Below the pieces are notes generated by a model. It was not told the DNA's origin and did no database searches. It was given only the letters and a program-made list of their open reading frames with translations. A stretch of DNA of 59,931 nucleotides, filler included, from Sphacelaria rigidula (Eukaryota), in NCBI GenBank assembly GCA_964200075.2. It is 7 parts of 7 records of this genome, joined end to end, with 100 filler letters (N's around TTAATTAATTAA, not from the genome) between each part and the next. Parts side by side here need not be neighbours in the genome. Positions count along the whole stretch, not along the records: positions 1 to 8,477 come from CAXNAA020011015.1; positions 8,578 to 17,053 come from CAXNAA020011016.1; 5 more parts are not named here. The stretch is one strand, 5' to 3'. Shown here piece after piece: positions 1 to 11,700 of the stretch. Position numbers and translations under genes: made by a program. The stretch's first letter is position 1, and each line of letters begins with the position of its first letter.

Positions 1-60
1 CCCCCTACTCAACCATCAGAAGGTTACGAGGTTACCAACTGAGCCACCGGGGCGACCGGC
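1..60 (-). mobile_element. tRNA-derived SINE head (truncated by contig start)
   Basis: Reverse complement reads GCCGGTCGCCCCGGTGGCTCAGTTGGTAACCTCGTAACCTTCTGATGGTTGAGTAGGGGG. It has the Pol III A box TGGCTCAGTTGG and is near-identical to 8372-8430 (+). Confidence 0.7.
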
Positions 61-465
61 ATGAAGAAAAAAAACTCTAGTGGGGCGGCTTTACATATAT
101 TTTTTAATATATCTTGAGACTGCGCCGCACCCTATATTAGGAGAGGTGCAGCGAAAGCTCAATTCACCGAAGCAGTGTCTGTGCACGGTGTAGATGAAGG
201 TCTCAATCAGGGCGAAACTCCACCCCTCCCTCCACCCCCCACCACTCCCCCATCCATCACAGGACTCGCCGAACACATCACGGCGCTTCGTGCTTTGTGA
301 TTGCGAGCCTGGTCCGCGGCGAAAACCGGGCGTGCTCCGTCCCGGCTTCGTGGGCATGCAAGGTTAATGGTCTCATGAATACGACGTACGAGATCATGAG
401 TACACCCCCGGCCCCCTTTTTCACCTATTATATTTTATAATGATTTGTTGTTGTCGTTCACCCAG

Positions 466-2310
466 GAAAAAGAAAGGCACGCCAACATCCGGGGCGCCGA
501 TGCTCCAAAGCGCAAGCCGTTCAAGCGGCTGAAACCGGTGGAACGGGCGGCCGTGGAGAGGCAGGATACGGTCAAAGTGGAAAAGGTGATGACAGATAGT
601 GCTACTAAAGTAATATTCCAAGGCTTGTCTCGGCTGATGCATGTGCCAAGCGGCACTACCGTAGGGTGACGGCGAATATCACCCCCCTCCAGGTGATCGG
701 TGCTCCGTGTCGAAAGGGATGCGTGGTCAATGGTCGAACGACTAAGGCAAGCAACAGATGAGTACGCCTCCCTCCCCCCCTTCCCCCCGGATGATCGAGT
801 CTTTCAAGGTGGAGTTGTATCATATTTATGAACTGCTTCGGTGGGTACGGTCCCGAAGGAATTGTGACTGTCATTAGACAGTTGTCGTGGAGGCTTTCGG
901 CAAAAACAAAATCTGTAGCGATGCTGACGTTTCGTTTCCGGGGAGAGGAAAACAATGAGATGATATTATCATCGTGCGTTCGCTTAAGAGCGATGTTCGA
1001 TACATTCATCGCGTGGACGTCATATATATATATATATATAATATCGTTACCTACTACCGAATCTGAGCTAACCCTTTCGAGGGTGTTTTTGTAGCCGTGA
1101 AGCTCCTTGGGCGTACATGCTTGCGGGTCGTATCGTCCAAACACTGAGCACGTACAGTACCCGTTCCACGCACTTCCCTCTCAGTGAAAAGTGGGAACAC
1201 TCGTAGGACGAAATGATGGGGATGGAATAAGACATATTTTAGCATGCCAAGCAACGATAACAACAACCCAGCCAATGACAAACAAATCAACAACAACGTC
1301 CCCTTTGCCCTTCAAAAAGTGAACATACAAAAACAAAACCCAAGCACAAACACTTGTAGAAAAAAACAATGATGAAGGTGGACCTCGGTAAAATGCTCAG
1401 GGGGTTCAACACGTCCTACACATCGCTTTGTAATGGGCGGGCAATTCTATATCTTAAGTCGCACGCGGGACGGAAAACGAGAGAGGTCATTTTTCACCCC
1501 TTGAATAAGGATGAGCGTCGATGGATGGGATGCAGAAGTGCTTGCCCCGTGCTCGATATTGGGAAGTGCAGAGAAAGTAGTGTGCCAGGCGAGAGATAGT
1601 GAATGGGTGGATCTCTTGAAATTATGAAGTCATCCCGAGGAGTGGGATTGTGGGAGGGTGTTACTGAAAGTACGAGAACAAGAAAGTAGGATGCAGCAAA
1701 ATGCGGATGACACTATACGGCCGGTGCGCTTGATTTTTTTTATCGTGACCCCATTTTCCTCATTCTCTCTGCCGCAGGGTGTATGGAAATACGGGAAGGA
1801 GGAGCGAGATCGGCAAAAACAACTCAAGAATGTAGCCGTGGTAATGAACAGCCTGTCACTATCGCTGGCCCTTGAAGGAAGGTGTGTTGGTGTGCTTACG
1901 TTTCGCCATGTAGAGACAGTGCTGTTCATTGTGGTGATGGGAAACAAAGGGATGAAATGGGTAAAGTACATCGTACAGTACCCGCAGTCAGCCGAGGGTG
2001 TCCTGGCCACGAAGCATTTCGGATGCGAAAAAAAGCCGAAAAAAACGAAGCACAGGTCGATGTACCGAAGTCAAGATAACACGGGTCGGTATAGAAGAAT
2101 TGTGGCACTCGCTCGTGGACTCAAAAGGGTACACGTTCATCCTTCTATCCCGTGTACTTGCTCTTTTTTTTGTATCTGTGCAGGGAGCAGGAGGCAATTG
2201 AGCTGCGCACGTCAGGCCTTGCCGTGCTCGAGAGCCAATTGGACCGGGAAGATCGAGAGTCGCTGAGCTCTATGGAGCAAATGGCCTCGGTCTACTTGCG
2301 AAACGAGAAG
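466..2310 (+). CDS. Partial multi-exon gene for a TPR (kinesin-light-chain-type) repeat protein
   Basis: Phase-compatible AG/GT-bounded exons at 466-585 (EKERHANIRG...VKVEK), 1778-1881 and 2184-2310. The last two splice to ...NVAVVMNSLSLSLALEGREQEAIELRTSGLAVLESQLDREDRESLSSMEQMASVYLRNEK, a ~42-aa KLC-type TPR pattern. Strong pyrimidine tracts precede 1778 and 2184. A possible further exon at ~262-362 is weak. Confidence 0.6.
701..790 (+). repeat. Dispersed repeat shared with 35489-35575
   Basis: TGCTCCGTGTCGAAAGGGATGCGTGGTCAATGGTCGAACGACTAAGGCAAGCAACAGATGAGTAC recurs with few mismatches in contig 5. Confidence 0.8.
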
Positions 2311-5300
2311 GTACGCATGTATGTGTTCTCAGCAGCAGAATTCACGATAACGGAGGTATTCCCCGACTAGCGTGCTCATACCGAAATACACTTCGTGGTG
2401 AGTTACGTCGTTCCTACACAAAACAACCAAGACAACTGATCAACCAACGACCACAACGAGTATCGAAACTCACCGAAGACGTCACCGACTTATCCATCTC
2501 GCTTTTGTTTCGTCAATTAATTGTGCGGTATTGTAGTACATGTGTTTCCTCGGATGTCATTGTGGTGGTTCTCAGGTGTCATCAATGTTCGCGTCTTTTT
2601 TGCTTTCTGTTCCCGTTTTTCTTGTGTCCATCCATCATACCCACAAAAGTATCTCCGACAATGTCCCCCTCCCCCCCACAAATGAGTACGCCCCCCCCCT
2701 CCCCCTGTTGAGACCGATAGCTTGAGGTGATATCTTAAAACCCCTCCTACCCAAATCACGCGGGTGATGGAGTCGTAGCCTTTTCAGATTCAGAACGCCC
2801 GCCATGAAGGTCGGCCTTGGAATTGCGTCGAGGACTCAAACTTCATCATGTTTCTTGTTCTTTGTGCCCTGATGCCACTGGGTAACCCACTTGCATTGAC
2901 GCCACACGCTCGTCTACATAAGAAGCATGGACGTTCTTATCCTTCACCTGCACCTATCTGCCTATTCGTAACAGTAGTAGATGTGGTGCTTGAACTGAAT
3001 TTACGGTACCGTAGTGGTACGGATAGTACAGGAGAGTCGATTGCCGTCTTGCACAAGCAGCGGATTGGATTGTTTCAGGCCTGGCACTTGCGATACGTGC
3101 GATGACGCAATGAGCTCGCGTGAAACATGGTGCACTGTCGTGTCCTTGGACCTGTAGAAACTATACCAGTCACCGTACATCGACGGGAAATTGATGGCGA
3201 AATTTCACGAACGACTGCTGTAAGCTTTGCGTCCGATGTATATCTACCACGCCGCTCATTAGTCTCGAACAACTGAGTAATGCGTGTCGTGCTGTTGAGT
3301 ACTGTACAGGCTACAGTTTTGGCACTGGAGGGTGTTATACCGCGTAACCCCAAGACCTACTCGCTGTGCCTCATCAAAGCGCAACGCCCTCTAGACAGTA
3401 GGATATGGCCCCACTGGTCCCTCCGCCCCCTCAGTGTTGACTTGTAAATGCCGAACTTCGACGGGGTTTCCGCACCTGTAACTTGCTGAACTTGGTGCGC
3501 ACAGCGTCTTGTCCGACGATGGTCGACGCTCCTGAACTTTTCATTCGGAGATCATATAGCACTGGACGGGATCCACGTACCCGTCCCATCTTTACTCCAT
3601 TGTCGCCTGAAGGTACACGTACTACCAGAGCTGAGCACAACGCCATGGTCAATAACACTGGGCTGTAAATGAGAGCTGTGAGAGCCAGAGGTAGTGCCGC
3701 TGGAGAGGGCCATCTACGCGATGGTTGGCCGTTCCGATGAGGCTGCATCATCATGGTTGGCAAGTCGTGTCGCAGGTCGTCGTGATTGGCTGCTTCGACG
3801 AAGACACCGTCATACTTTGTGTGCAACACCGTGCGGGAGTGCAGTGATATATGATGTGTGCTACGTCACATTCGTCCCGATACATCAGACCCGCAGCGAA
3901 ACCGATTTGATTAATTTCTGTCTGGGTTGTCGTGATTGGTGATGAATCGTACGGTATGCACCTCACACACAGTGGACTTGAATAAGATGAACCATCAATC
4001 AAACTATCAGATACGACACACAAGCGACGTATCCGGGGGAAGGAATCCCGTCACGATTCAGGATCGTCTCTTTCATTATTTTTTCAGACCTTTTGACTTT
4101 TCCGAATTTTTCGGGAGAAAACCTTGCACCCCGAAAAATATGACCACATATTTCTCAATCAGAACGAGGAATAAATAGATTAAGTTAACGCTGACTACTA
4201 CTACGTATTATTCGAAAAATCTGGCGTTGATATATTTCTCAGCGTTTTTTTTTCGGAAAGTCGGAAAATTCTCCTATAAAAAATGGGAACATTTGCAATA
4301 AACATTGTGGGAACGTGAAACGTGGGCAAATGTACAGCAGCAGCAGCAGCCGTAGTGTAGTACTTAGGAACGAAGTAAGTAACTTGATGAAGCAAATTAC
4401 GGAGTAACAAACTTGAATAGAGTTGTTGCGAAGTCTTGCCCTTTTTCGTATGATCGTAACAAAAACAAAAGCGTCTTCGACGACCGAAGATATCTGCTAC
4501 TCATTGCATTCCGCAGGGATGCATCCAGCCGCAAGCGGTTGTGTTCAGTGATGACGTGCGAGAAATGCTTTGATTGAGGTTCCATTTTGTGGCGAAGTTT
4601 TCGCAGGTACAGACGAATCCACCCGTCCTCCGCCCTATATTTTTGCCGCGATCGTATAACACCACCATTCTCAGTTCATTGTTTACCTTCTGAGACCTCG
4701 CCGAAAGGAAGGGGTTAGTTATTAGCAGGGCAGGCCAGCTATGCTTTGGGTCGCCCTTCTTTTTTCTTGAATAATTTTTGACTACGAGGACTCTCAATCA
4801 ACGGGAAATCGACAAGTAAGGGGTCGCTTGTCCGCTATTACAGGTTACTATTATTACAGTAATTCAGGGTTGCATATCGGACCGACAATAAAGTTCGATA
4901 GATATTCTTAGAATATCGAACCACAACCGCCGATACCGATATTTTGGTCGATCTTCCGAATATGACACGGTACGTATCGAGTATCGATATTCGATACGGT
5001 ACGGCTGTTTTGGTATGGCCGCAGTGTACAAGACCGAGCAGTACACTGGCACACTGACACCCTCACTCACTATTGTAGGTTGCTTAAGATACCACATCCC
5101 CTAGACAGATTTTCAAAGCTAACTTATACTCCTCACTCGAAGCGATATCAGGGCTGAACTGGGCGGCGTTGCAACCATCTCGTCGAAAGAAAGTAACCGA
5201 GCTTTGAAAATCGATCCTGACGGTGTGATATCTCAAGCAACATACACACGGTAGTTTCCAGTGGACAGCAATGGACACATGATGTACAGCAGAGGGTAGT

Positions 5301-6229
5301 GTGCAAATTGACATCATAGCAGCGGCGGCATGCGGTGATACAGCTATCTTGCGAATATATTTCGTCGTCGTGCAAGAGGTAGTTGATCACAACGGGCTGG
5401 GTGTGGTATTGGTTATACTATTTTCATTTCCGCCGCCACTTTTCTGTGTGTTTCGATCGAATGAGCGCATACCTCGACTCTGCACATCCATTAGACAAGG
5501 AAAATGTGTCAAACCTCGAACATGCTCAAACTCAAATGCAAGCTTGTTTTTCAATGTTTTTCACTACCAATAATAACAGGAAACGTCGGTAGCATGCGTC
5601 AAGTTTGAACCTTTAGATGCCAAAAAATATATATTTCTATGTCACCAACCAAGAAGAATAAACCACTTAGCTTGCAACAATCAGAATGTCCAGACTAATG
5701 GATGAAGAGGAAGAAAACCAAACACTCGTCAAACATGAAGGAAAGGCGAAGCGACAGTACGACCTCCTCATACTCCGAAGGACAGCTGTTTCCTAGTGTT
5801 ATCTGCAGCTTTGCATTGCATGAGCATGACCTCATATGTTGCCGTTGGTAAACACCCCCGCTGAATCATATCAATAAACCCTAAATCCACGAGGCACCAA
5901 CGGTGTGTGGTGTGTAAAGGGGACCTTGCGGAGTGAGGGATGGGGGGGCAGGGTTGCACATCAACTGGGGGTCTGCCGTTTGGGAAATACCACCCCCCCT
6001 GTGTTTCCTGTGACGACGGTTTCGAGAAATTGAGCTAATGTGACGAAAAATAAACAAAAATATCGAGCGTATCGATATTCGATATTGATATTCGATATTT
6101 GATACATATCACATACATCGGTTCTCTACGCTCCGATACCGATATGGCATATCGCCGATATTTACAAGGGTAGGTCGAGTAGAGTATACTCAATACTCGG
6201 TATTTTTTTGAAGAGTCATACTTGTAGTA

Positions 6230-6630
6230 CTCGAAGTTCGAGTAAAGTATTTGAGATCATACTCAACGTACTCAAAAATTGAAGAGAGTATTTGAGGCCG
6301 TACTCAACGTACTCAAAATTTAGGTAGAGTATTGAGGTCATACTCAAGCGATACTCTATACCCAAGTATTACTGAGAGTGCTTTCTCAATATATTTGAGT
6401 AGATTATTTGAGGTCGTACTCGATCTACTTAATATTCGAGTAGAGTATTGGAGGCCGTACGCAACGTACTCAAAATTTGAATAGAGTATTTGAGACCGTA
6501 CTCGACCTACTCAAAATTTGAACAGAGTATTTTGGGGCCGTACTCTTCGTACTCAAAATTTGAGTGGGGTATATGAGGCCGAACTCGACCTGCTCAAAAC
6601 TTGAGTAGAGTATCGGAGGCCGGGTCCGAT
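6230..6630 (+). repeat. ~41-bp tandem array (left arm of hAT element)
   Basis: Abutting degenerate copies of GAGTAGAGTATTTGAGGCCGTACTCAACGTACTCAAAATTT. Confidence 0.9.
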
Positions 6631-7014
6631 GTACCAAAATCTATAACTTTAACGTCTTCCTTCCTCTGGCGACTGTTTGCACTATTTCCACCGCCAACTC
6701 TCCCATGGAAGAGTCACATATGTGGCCAGTAGAGTCGCCCATTTTGATAATACCTACTCGACCACTCGTCTATTCGATTACTCCATAAATTAAATGATGA
6801 GTAGCGCTCTGTACTGATAGTAATTACGAAGGCGTTGCGAGGTATCGAGTATGAACTGCCGTGGGTGGGGGCTGGTGAGATGGGGCGCTGGGGCAGGTAG
6901 GTTCATTCACCTGCACGTTTTTTTTTTATGACCATCGTTTGCCCTTGCATTCAACATAGTCTGTAAAGTGACGTCACGAAGTCGCCGACGGTGAGGGGTA
7001 TTCACCATACCCAA

Positions 7015-7400
7015 GGGGTACTCTATACTCAAGTATTATTACTGAGAGAGGTTACCCAACATTTGAGTAGAGTATTTGAGGTCGTACTCGATCTACTCAA
7101 AAATTGAGCGGAGTATTTGAGGCCTTACTCGACGTACTCAAAAATTGAGCAGAGTATTTAAGATTATACTCAACGTACTCAAAAATTGAGTAGAGTATTG
7201 GAGGCCGTACTCAACGTACTCAAATTTTGAGTAGAGGATTGAGGTCATACTCAAGTGATACTCTATACTCGAGTATTGCTGAGAGTGCTTACTCAAAATT
7301 TGAGTATAGTATTTGAGGTCGTACTCGACGTACTCAAAATTCGAGTAGAGTATTTGAGGCTGTACTCGACCTACTCAAACGTCGAGTAGTAGTAGAGTAA
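7015..7400 (+). repeat. ~41-bp tandem array (right arm of hAT element)
   Basis: Same unit and orientation as 6230-6630, interrupted by the same longer ATACTCTATACTCAAGTATT..CTGAGAG block. Confidence 0.9.
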
Positions 7401-8145
7401 ATACTCGAGTATTTTACTCGAGTACTCAAAAGTACATACTCTACTCGACCTACCCTTGGATATTTATCGAAATCGTATCGATTATCGGTATCCGATGTGC
7501 AGCCCTGTCATTACTATAAAGCGTGCATCCCCTGCATTCATTTATTCATGGACTGGGCAATACTTTTCGAGTATTTTTTTTCATCTCTTGCTGCTCCAGT
7601 TGCACTATTCGTTTGGCCGGAGATACCGAGTGCTAATTTTTATCTTTGTATCTGGTACTGTATGTTCACATACATGTTTGTAATAATGTTGTGACGATCG
7701 AGGGCCTTTTCTTCGGGAGACGGAGGAAATGGTTAGCATGGAGGGAAATAAGGAGATGATGGCGATATATTGAGGCATGTAGCGGATGTAGTATGGTGTG
7801 CATCTCGAACTGGAGATTCCCCATTTACCTACTACAACATCGTAGTAATTTACTGTTGAATAAACCGGGAACCTCGAGGTTGGGATACCTGAAATGAAAT
7901 GATGAGGCAAAGGTTCCGAACATTCTTCGTAGGAGACAGGATGCACCGGGCTAAATAGATAGGTACAACCAGAGAGATTAGCATCGAAAAAAACAGCAGC
8001 GCCTAAATCACCGTCTTGTGAGGGAGGGGGCTCCGTCCGCCTCTCTCGTCTGTGAATACGGACTGGTTCAGGATGAACTCCCCCAAAATGTACTCGCCCG
8101 AAAAACCGCAAAAAGAAATCAATCCGGTTTTTGGAGTAGTAATTA

Positions 8146-8371
8146 CAACCAATAATCGAAATTGAGGATGGAGCTTTTCATTGTGGATGAGAACCCGGAG
8201 GATTAAAATCTTCTCATCAATACCAAATCTTTTAAATATGGTTCATTCCTTCACCTACTGGGGTGGGTAGCTATCGACAATCGCTACACGCCCTACAAGA
8301 AGTAGTGTGGATTTCGATCACCGAAATCTTGGGGTCCGAGATGAAGAAAAAATCGGGGAATTTGGGTGATC
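8146..8371 (+). mobile_element. Left half of fold-back MITE family (complete copy at 20432-20872)
   Basis: ATCGAAATTGAGGATGGAGCTTTTC...GGAGGATTAAAATC...GGTAGCTATCGACAA matches 20441-20655. It stops at the palindrome centre, where a SINE begins. Confidence 0.85.
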
Positions 8372-8477
8372 GCAGGTCGCCCCGGTGGCTCAGTTGGTGA
8401 CCTCGTAACCCTCTGATGGTTGAGTTGTGGGGTTCGATTCTCGGATCGATCTGGGATTTTTCTTACACCATTCCCAA
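8372..8477 (+). mobile_element. tRNA-derived SINE head (truncated by contig end)
   Basis: A box TGGCTCAGTTGG (~8385) and B box GGTTCGATTC (~8431). No complete cloverleaf or acceptor stem. Second copy at 1-60 (-). Confidence 0.75.
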
Positions 8478-8577
8478 NNNNNNNNNNNNNNNNNNNNNNN
8501 NNNNNNNNNNNNNNNNNNNNNTTAATTAATTAANNNNNNNNNNNNNNNNNNNNNNNNNNNNNNNNNNNNNNNNNNNN
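8478..8577. other. Artificial contig spacer (44 N + TTAATTAATTAA + 44 N)
   Basis: Identical 100-nt spacers at 8478-8577, 17054-17153, 25630-25729, 34206-34305, 42782-42881 and 51357-51456. The segments between them decrease monotonically in length (8477 to 8475 nt), i.e. size-sorted unrelated contigs. Confidence 0.97.
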
Positions 8578-8769
8578 CTGACAATATGCTGACTCTCTGT
8601 ACACGAGGTATACAGTACATGAGCTATTCAGTATTCTACGATGGATACCTTACACACTGCACTACTTCGTTTATTCCGACGATCTGTATTCTAACGATGA
8701 ACCGTAATTGGTTGTGCCGCCAATCTCGAGTACGTATTTTCGGAACTGTTATTTCTCAACTTCCAACAG

Positions 8770-11700
8770 CTGACAGCTCTCTGGACAGCATAGGATGCAC
8801 CTTTGGAGTCCCCATTGACAGCACGAAATACGTGGCAGGCGTATAATCGTTAAGCACGGATTGGTTCAACTATGGCACCCGCTCTTCGACGGTGATTATG
8901 GCCGTCAGTTATACTACTAACATTGCAAGGCCACCACACGCACGACTTATCGTTTCCACCCAACATGTGTGTCTGGACGCAGATAATCGATTGCGGTGGA
9001 GGAACGGTGGACATATCTGCGTTTGAAGTTACCGACGGCCGCGCAGGAAGCCTCAAGCAATTGGGCATGGCCGACGGTGGAAAGTGGGGAGCTACTAACG
9101 TCGACAAGAGATTCGCGAGTTTCCTACAGGTCCCCACTCACACTCACAATAAATTCACTCATCGCTCGGGTGCAATCAGGAACGCCCACACACAGCTGAA
9201 CCTTGGGCAGCTGTAAAAACTCGGGTGGCGTTGGTTAGTTCCTCTATTTTGTCCTCCTTTCAGCTGAACTACTCTCGGATTGCAGCACTTCAAGATGCAT
9301 CACAAGGGAGTCATCCAGCTATTTGGGTCGTACACGACCTACCGTTCTCGACGTCTCCCTTGATTGCTCTCGTACGCAGGATTTCATCAAAAGCATTGCA
9401 GGGGACGTTGGGGTCGTGAAGATGGAAAGCTTCTTCACAAGCTCAGCTTGGTGGAAGATCAAGCAGGTGAAGAACGAGGGGATGCACCCCCCCCCCCCCC
9501 CTCAACTCGAGTCAATAGTACAGATAATGCGATGATGATGATCGCAAAACAGCGCTTTCCACCCCGCAAAACACGTAGCTCCTCTTTAGTTGCCAAGTAT
9601 CTGCAAGGAACACCCTGGGTAGTTACAGACTCAGCAACTCACCGTCTTTTACTGAGAGGGTGTTGCGCTGACGGAGAATTTCCTGTAGACCGACCAGCAC
9701 TTGGTGATGTTAATTGGGTGAGCGTTGAAATCTCCCAACGCCTGCCATATGTGCTTGACAGCAAGACACCTCGGCTGCTGTCTTCCCGCAAAACAGAACT
9801 GGGAGCGTGCCAAAGTGAACTTAGCGGACTTGAATGGTGACTGCTGGGTGAACGTCACGCCTCTGAGTAGGCAACCGCTCAACCTCACGATGGCGGCTAT
9901 GAATCACGGACGTGACGTGAAGAACCAAGAAGGCGAGGTGCGCTCTGTGTGGTGCAGGTGCAAGTACGTTATTTGAACATGTTCTTCAACAGTTCTACAG
10001 TGATCACCCCCGCATTTTGCCAAGGATTCCACGCAATGTTGCCGATCGGGGCATTGATTTGCACTCACCTGTGTGCTACGCCGTACGCAACGGTGAAGCG
10101 GCAGCTGTTGCAGCACCAGCCGTACAAAGTGGAAGGCGCGTGTATGATTTATGCGCGTAGTGGCAGCGATATTTGATGTATGTTGATGTGCGATGCCGTG
10201 CAGGGTGCACGACCAGGGTGGTGTGCGCGATGCTCTGCAAAACATTATTTGGGAATAGGCTCGATGATGGGTCAATCTCTGCTCGAACCGCTTGTCTGCA
10301 TGACTGTGGCACATGTTTCCTGCCATCTTCAGCGGTTTTAGTATATAACTTCTGGCTGTTGCTGTGATCCGTTTTCACCGAAAAATGTGGCACAGGATCT
10401 GGTCGGCGGTTACAATTCCTTCGAGTTCGCGGTTAAGCCAGCCTTGATGCGGCGGTTCTTCGCACCGGAATGTAGCAGGTGAGTAATGAGACCGCGCGAG
10501 TACCATGCTTTATGCGAATGTTGAACAAGTGGCATCAGAAAACTTTGGCATGGGCAGGGCTTCTTTCCACGGATGTCAAGCACGTCGCATTTTGCTGTTT
10601 TGTGAAATAACCATTTTGTGTACCTTGTCAACTATGCTGGCTTCATGTAGTCAAGGGCGAATCCCCCCATGTAAATCGTCGTCGCTGGAGAATGGCCACC
10701 TCTCCGACTCTGGTTTCCAGGTTTGGTGTCTAATGTCATCGGAACTACCCAAACCGTACTTGACGCCGATGCTTATGTCGATGTCGATGCTGATGTTGAT
10801 GATACTGCTGCTCTTACTGTGAGTGTTGGTGTTGATGTTAATGTTGATATTCATGTTGGAACCGCAGAGTGAAGAGGGCTGTCGAGAACCAGCTCAGCAG
10901 ACCTGAGCTGCAAGGCCTGGCGGCTGTGGTGATGGTGGGTGGATTTTCTGGCAGCGTTCACGTCAGGGTGAGTACACCTATTGACTCCCTACCGGGCATG
11001 ACCTCCCAACAACCAAAGTACGTGGTTGAGAGTGGTCGTTACTGTAGCAGTATAGTAGTAGCTGTAGCAGCAGCAGCAGTAGTAGTAGTAGTAGTAGAAG
11101 TGCAGTCCCGCCACTTGACGCTGCGTAGCAGCGACAACGTGTGTTGTGATGAAGTCGTCCACAGCTAACACCGTGTCCGTGGCCACAGGGCCTGTCGCCA
11201 CGGTGATATAGTTGCCACCCAAGCAAATATGACCTTGGTGAGGAGTCGAAGCAACTTGTTTCACAGTTGGGAATGTAAACGCACCAAGGCATCTACTGCT
11301 TGTTCGGCTTTGTCACAATTAAACAGTAAATAACGGCAGATAGAAACGAATTCTCGCAGCGCCTAGGGTGTTCACCGGCAAACGTTACAAGAGTACACGG
11401 CTGCCACGCCGTCTTCGGTGCACGCTGTTATCGCTGGCTGCTCGGGTTATAGGGATGCACTCATTATTGCTGTCTGTCAGTTATTCGCGTGCTTGCCTAG
11501 CTCTTGCCGAGGTGGTCTGCCTGTTTCTCTGCGCCATGCGCATGCGTGTATCGATAGGATCCTCCTAGGGCGCGCGAGTTGAGGCCGGTTATATGTGTGC
11601 TGAGCTATTTTATGTACTGGCATCACGTGATTCACCGAAAACGTATGTTGGGCTAGCACCTCATGCTCTAAATCGTACACTAGTTTAGCGAGCGTTTGCA

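Larger units (their letters stand above)
6165..7458. mobile_element. Non-autonomous hAT DNA transposon with 23-bp TIRs, 8-bp TSD and 41-bp subterminal tandem arrays
   Basis: TIRs CAAGGGTAGGTCGAGTAGAGTAT ... ATACTCTACTCGACCTACCCTTG. Perfect 8-bp TSD GATATTTA at 6157-6164 and 7459-7466. No ORF. An 8-bp TSD is characteristic of hAT. Confidence 0.9.
4866..7507. mobile_element. Probable older non-autonomous TIR element (CAGGG termini, hAT-like) hosting a nested insertion
   Basis: Left end CAGGGTTGCATATCGGA and right end TCCGATGTGCAGCCCTG are inverted. Subterminal regions are rich in ATCGATA/GATAT motifs. A second CAGGGTTGCACATC end lies at ~5949. No TSD was found, so the pairing of ends is uncertain. 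Confidence 0.5.

Noticed and set aside
6230..7400. CRISPR-like regularly spaced palindromic repeats
   Set aside because: The units abut with no unique spacers, are degenerate, and lie inside TIRs with an 8-bp TSD. There are no cas genes and the context is eukaryotic.
8372..8450. tRNA gene
   Set aside because: A and B boxes are present but there is no convincing acceptor or anticodon stem. A second diverged copy and contig breaks at both copies indicate a SINE.
1..8477. Contig 1 as a single element with terminal inverted repeats
   Set aside because: The two ends are independent outward-facing SINE copies at which the assembly broke.
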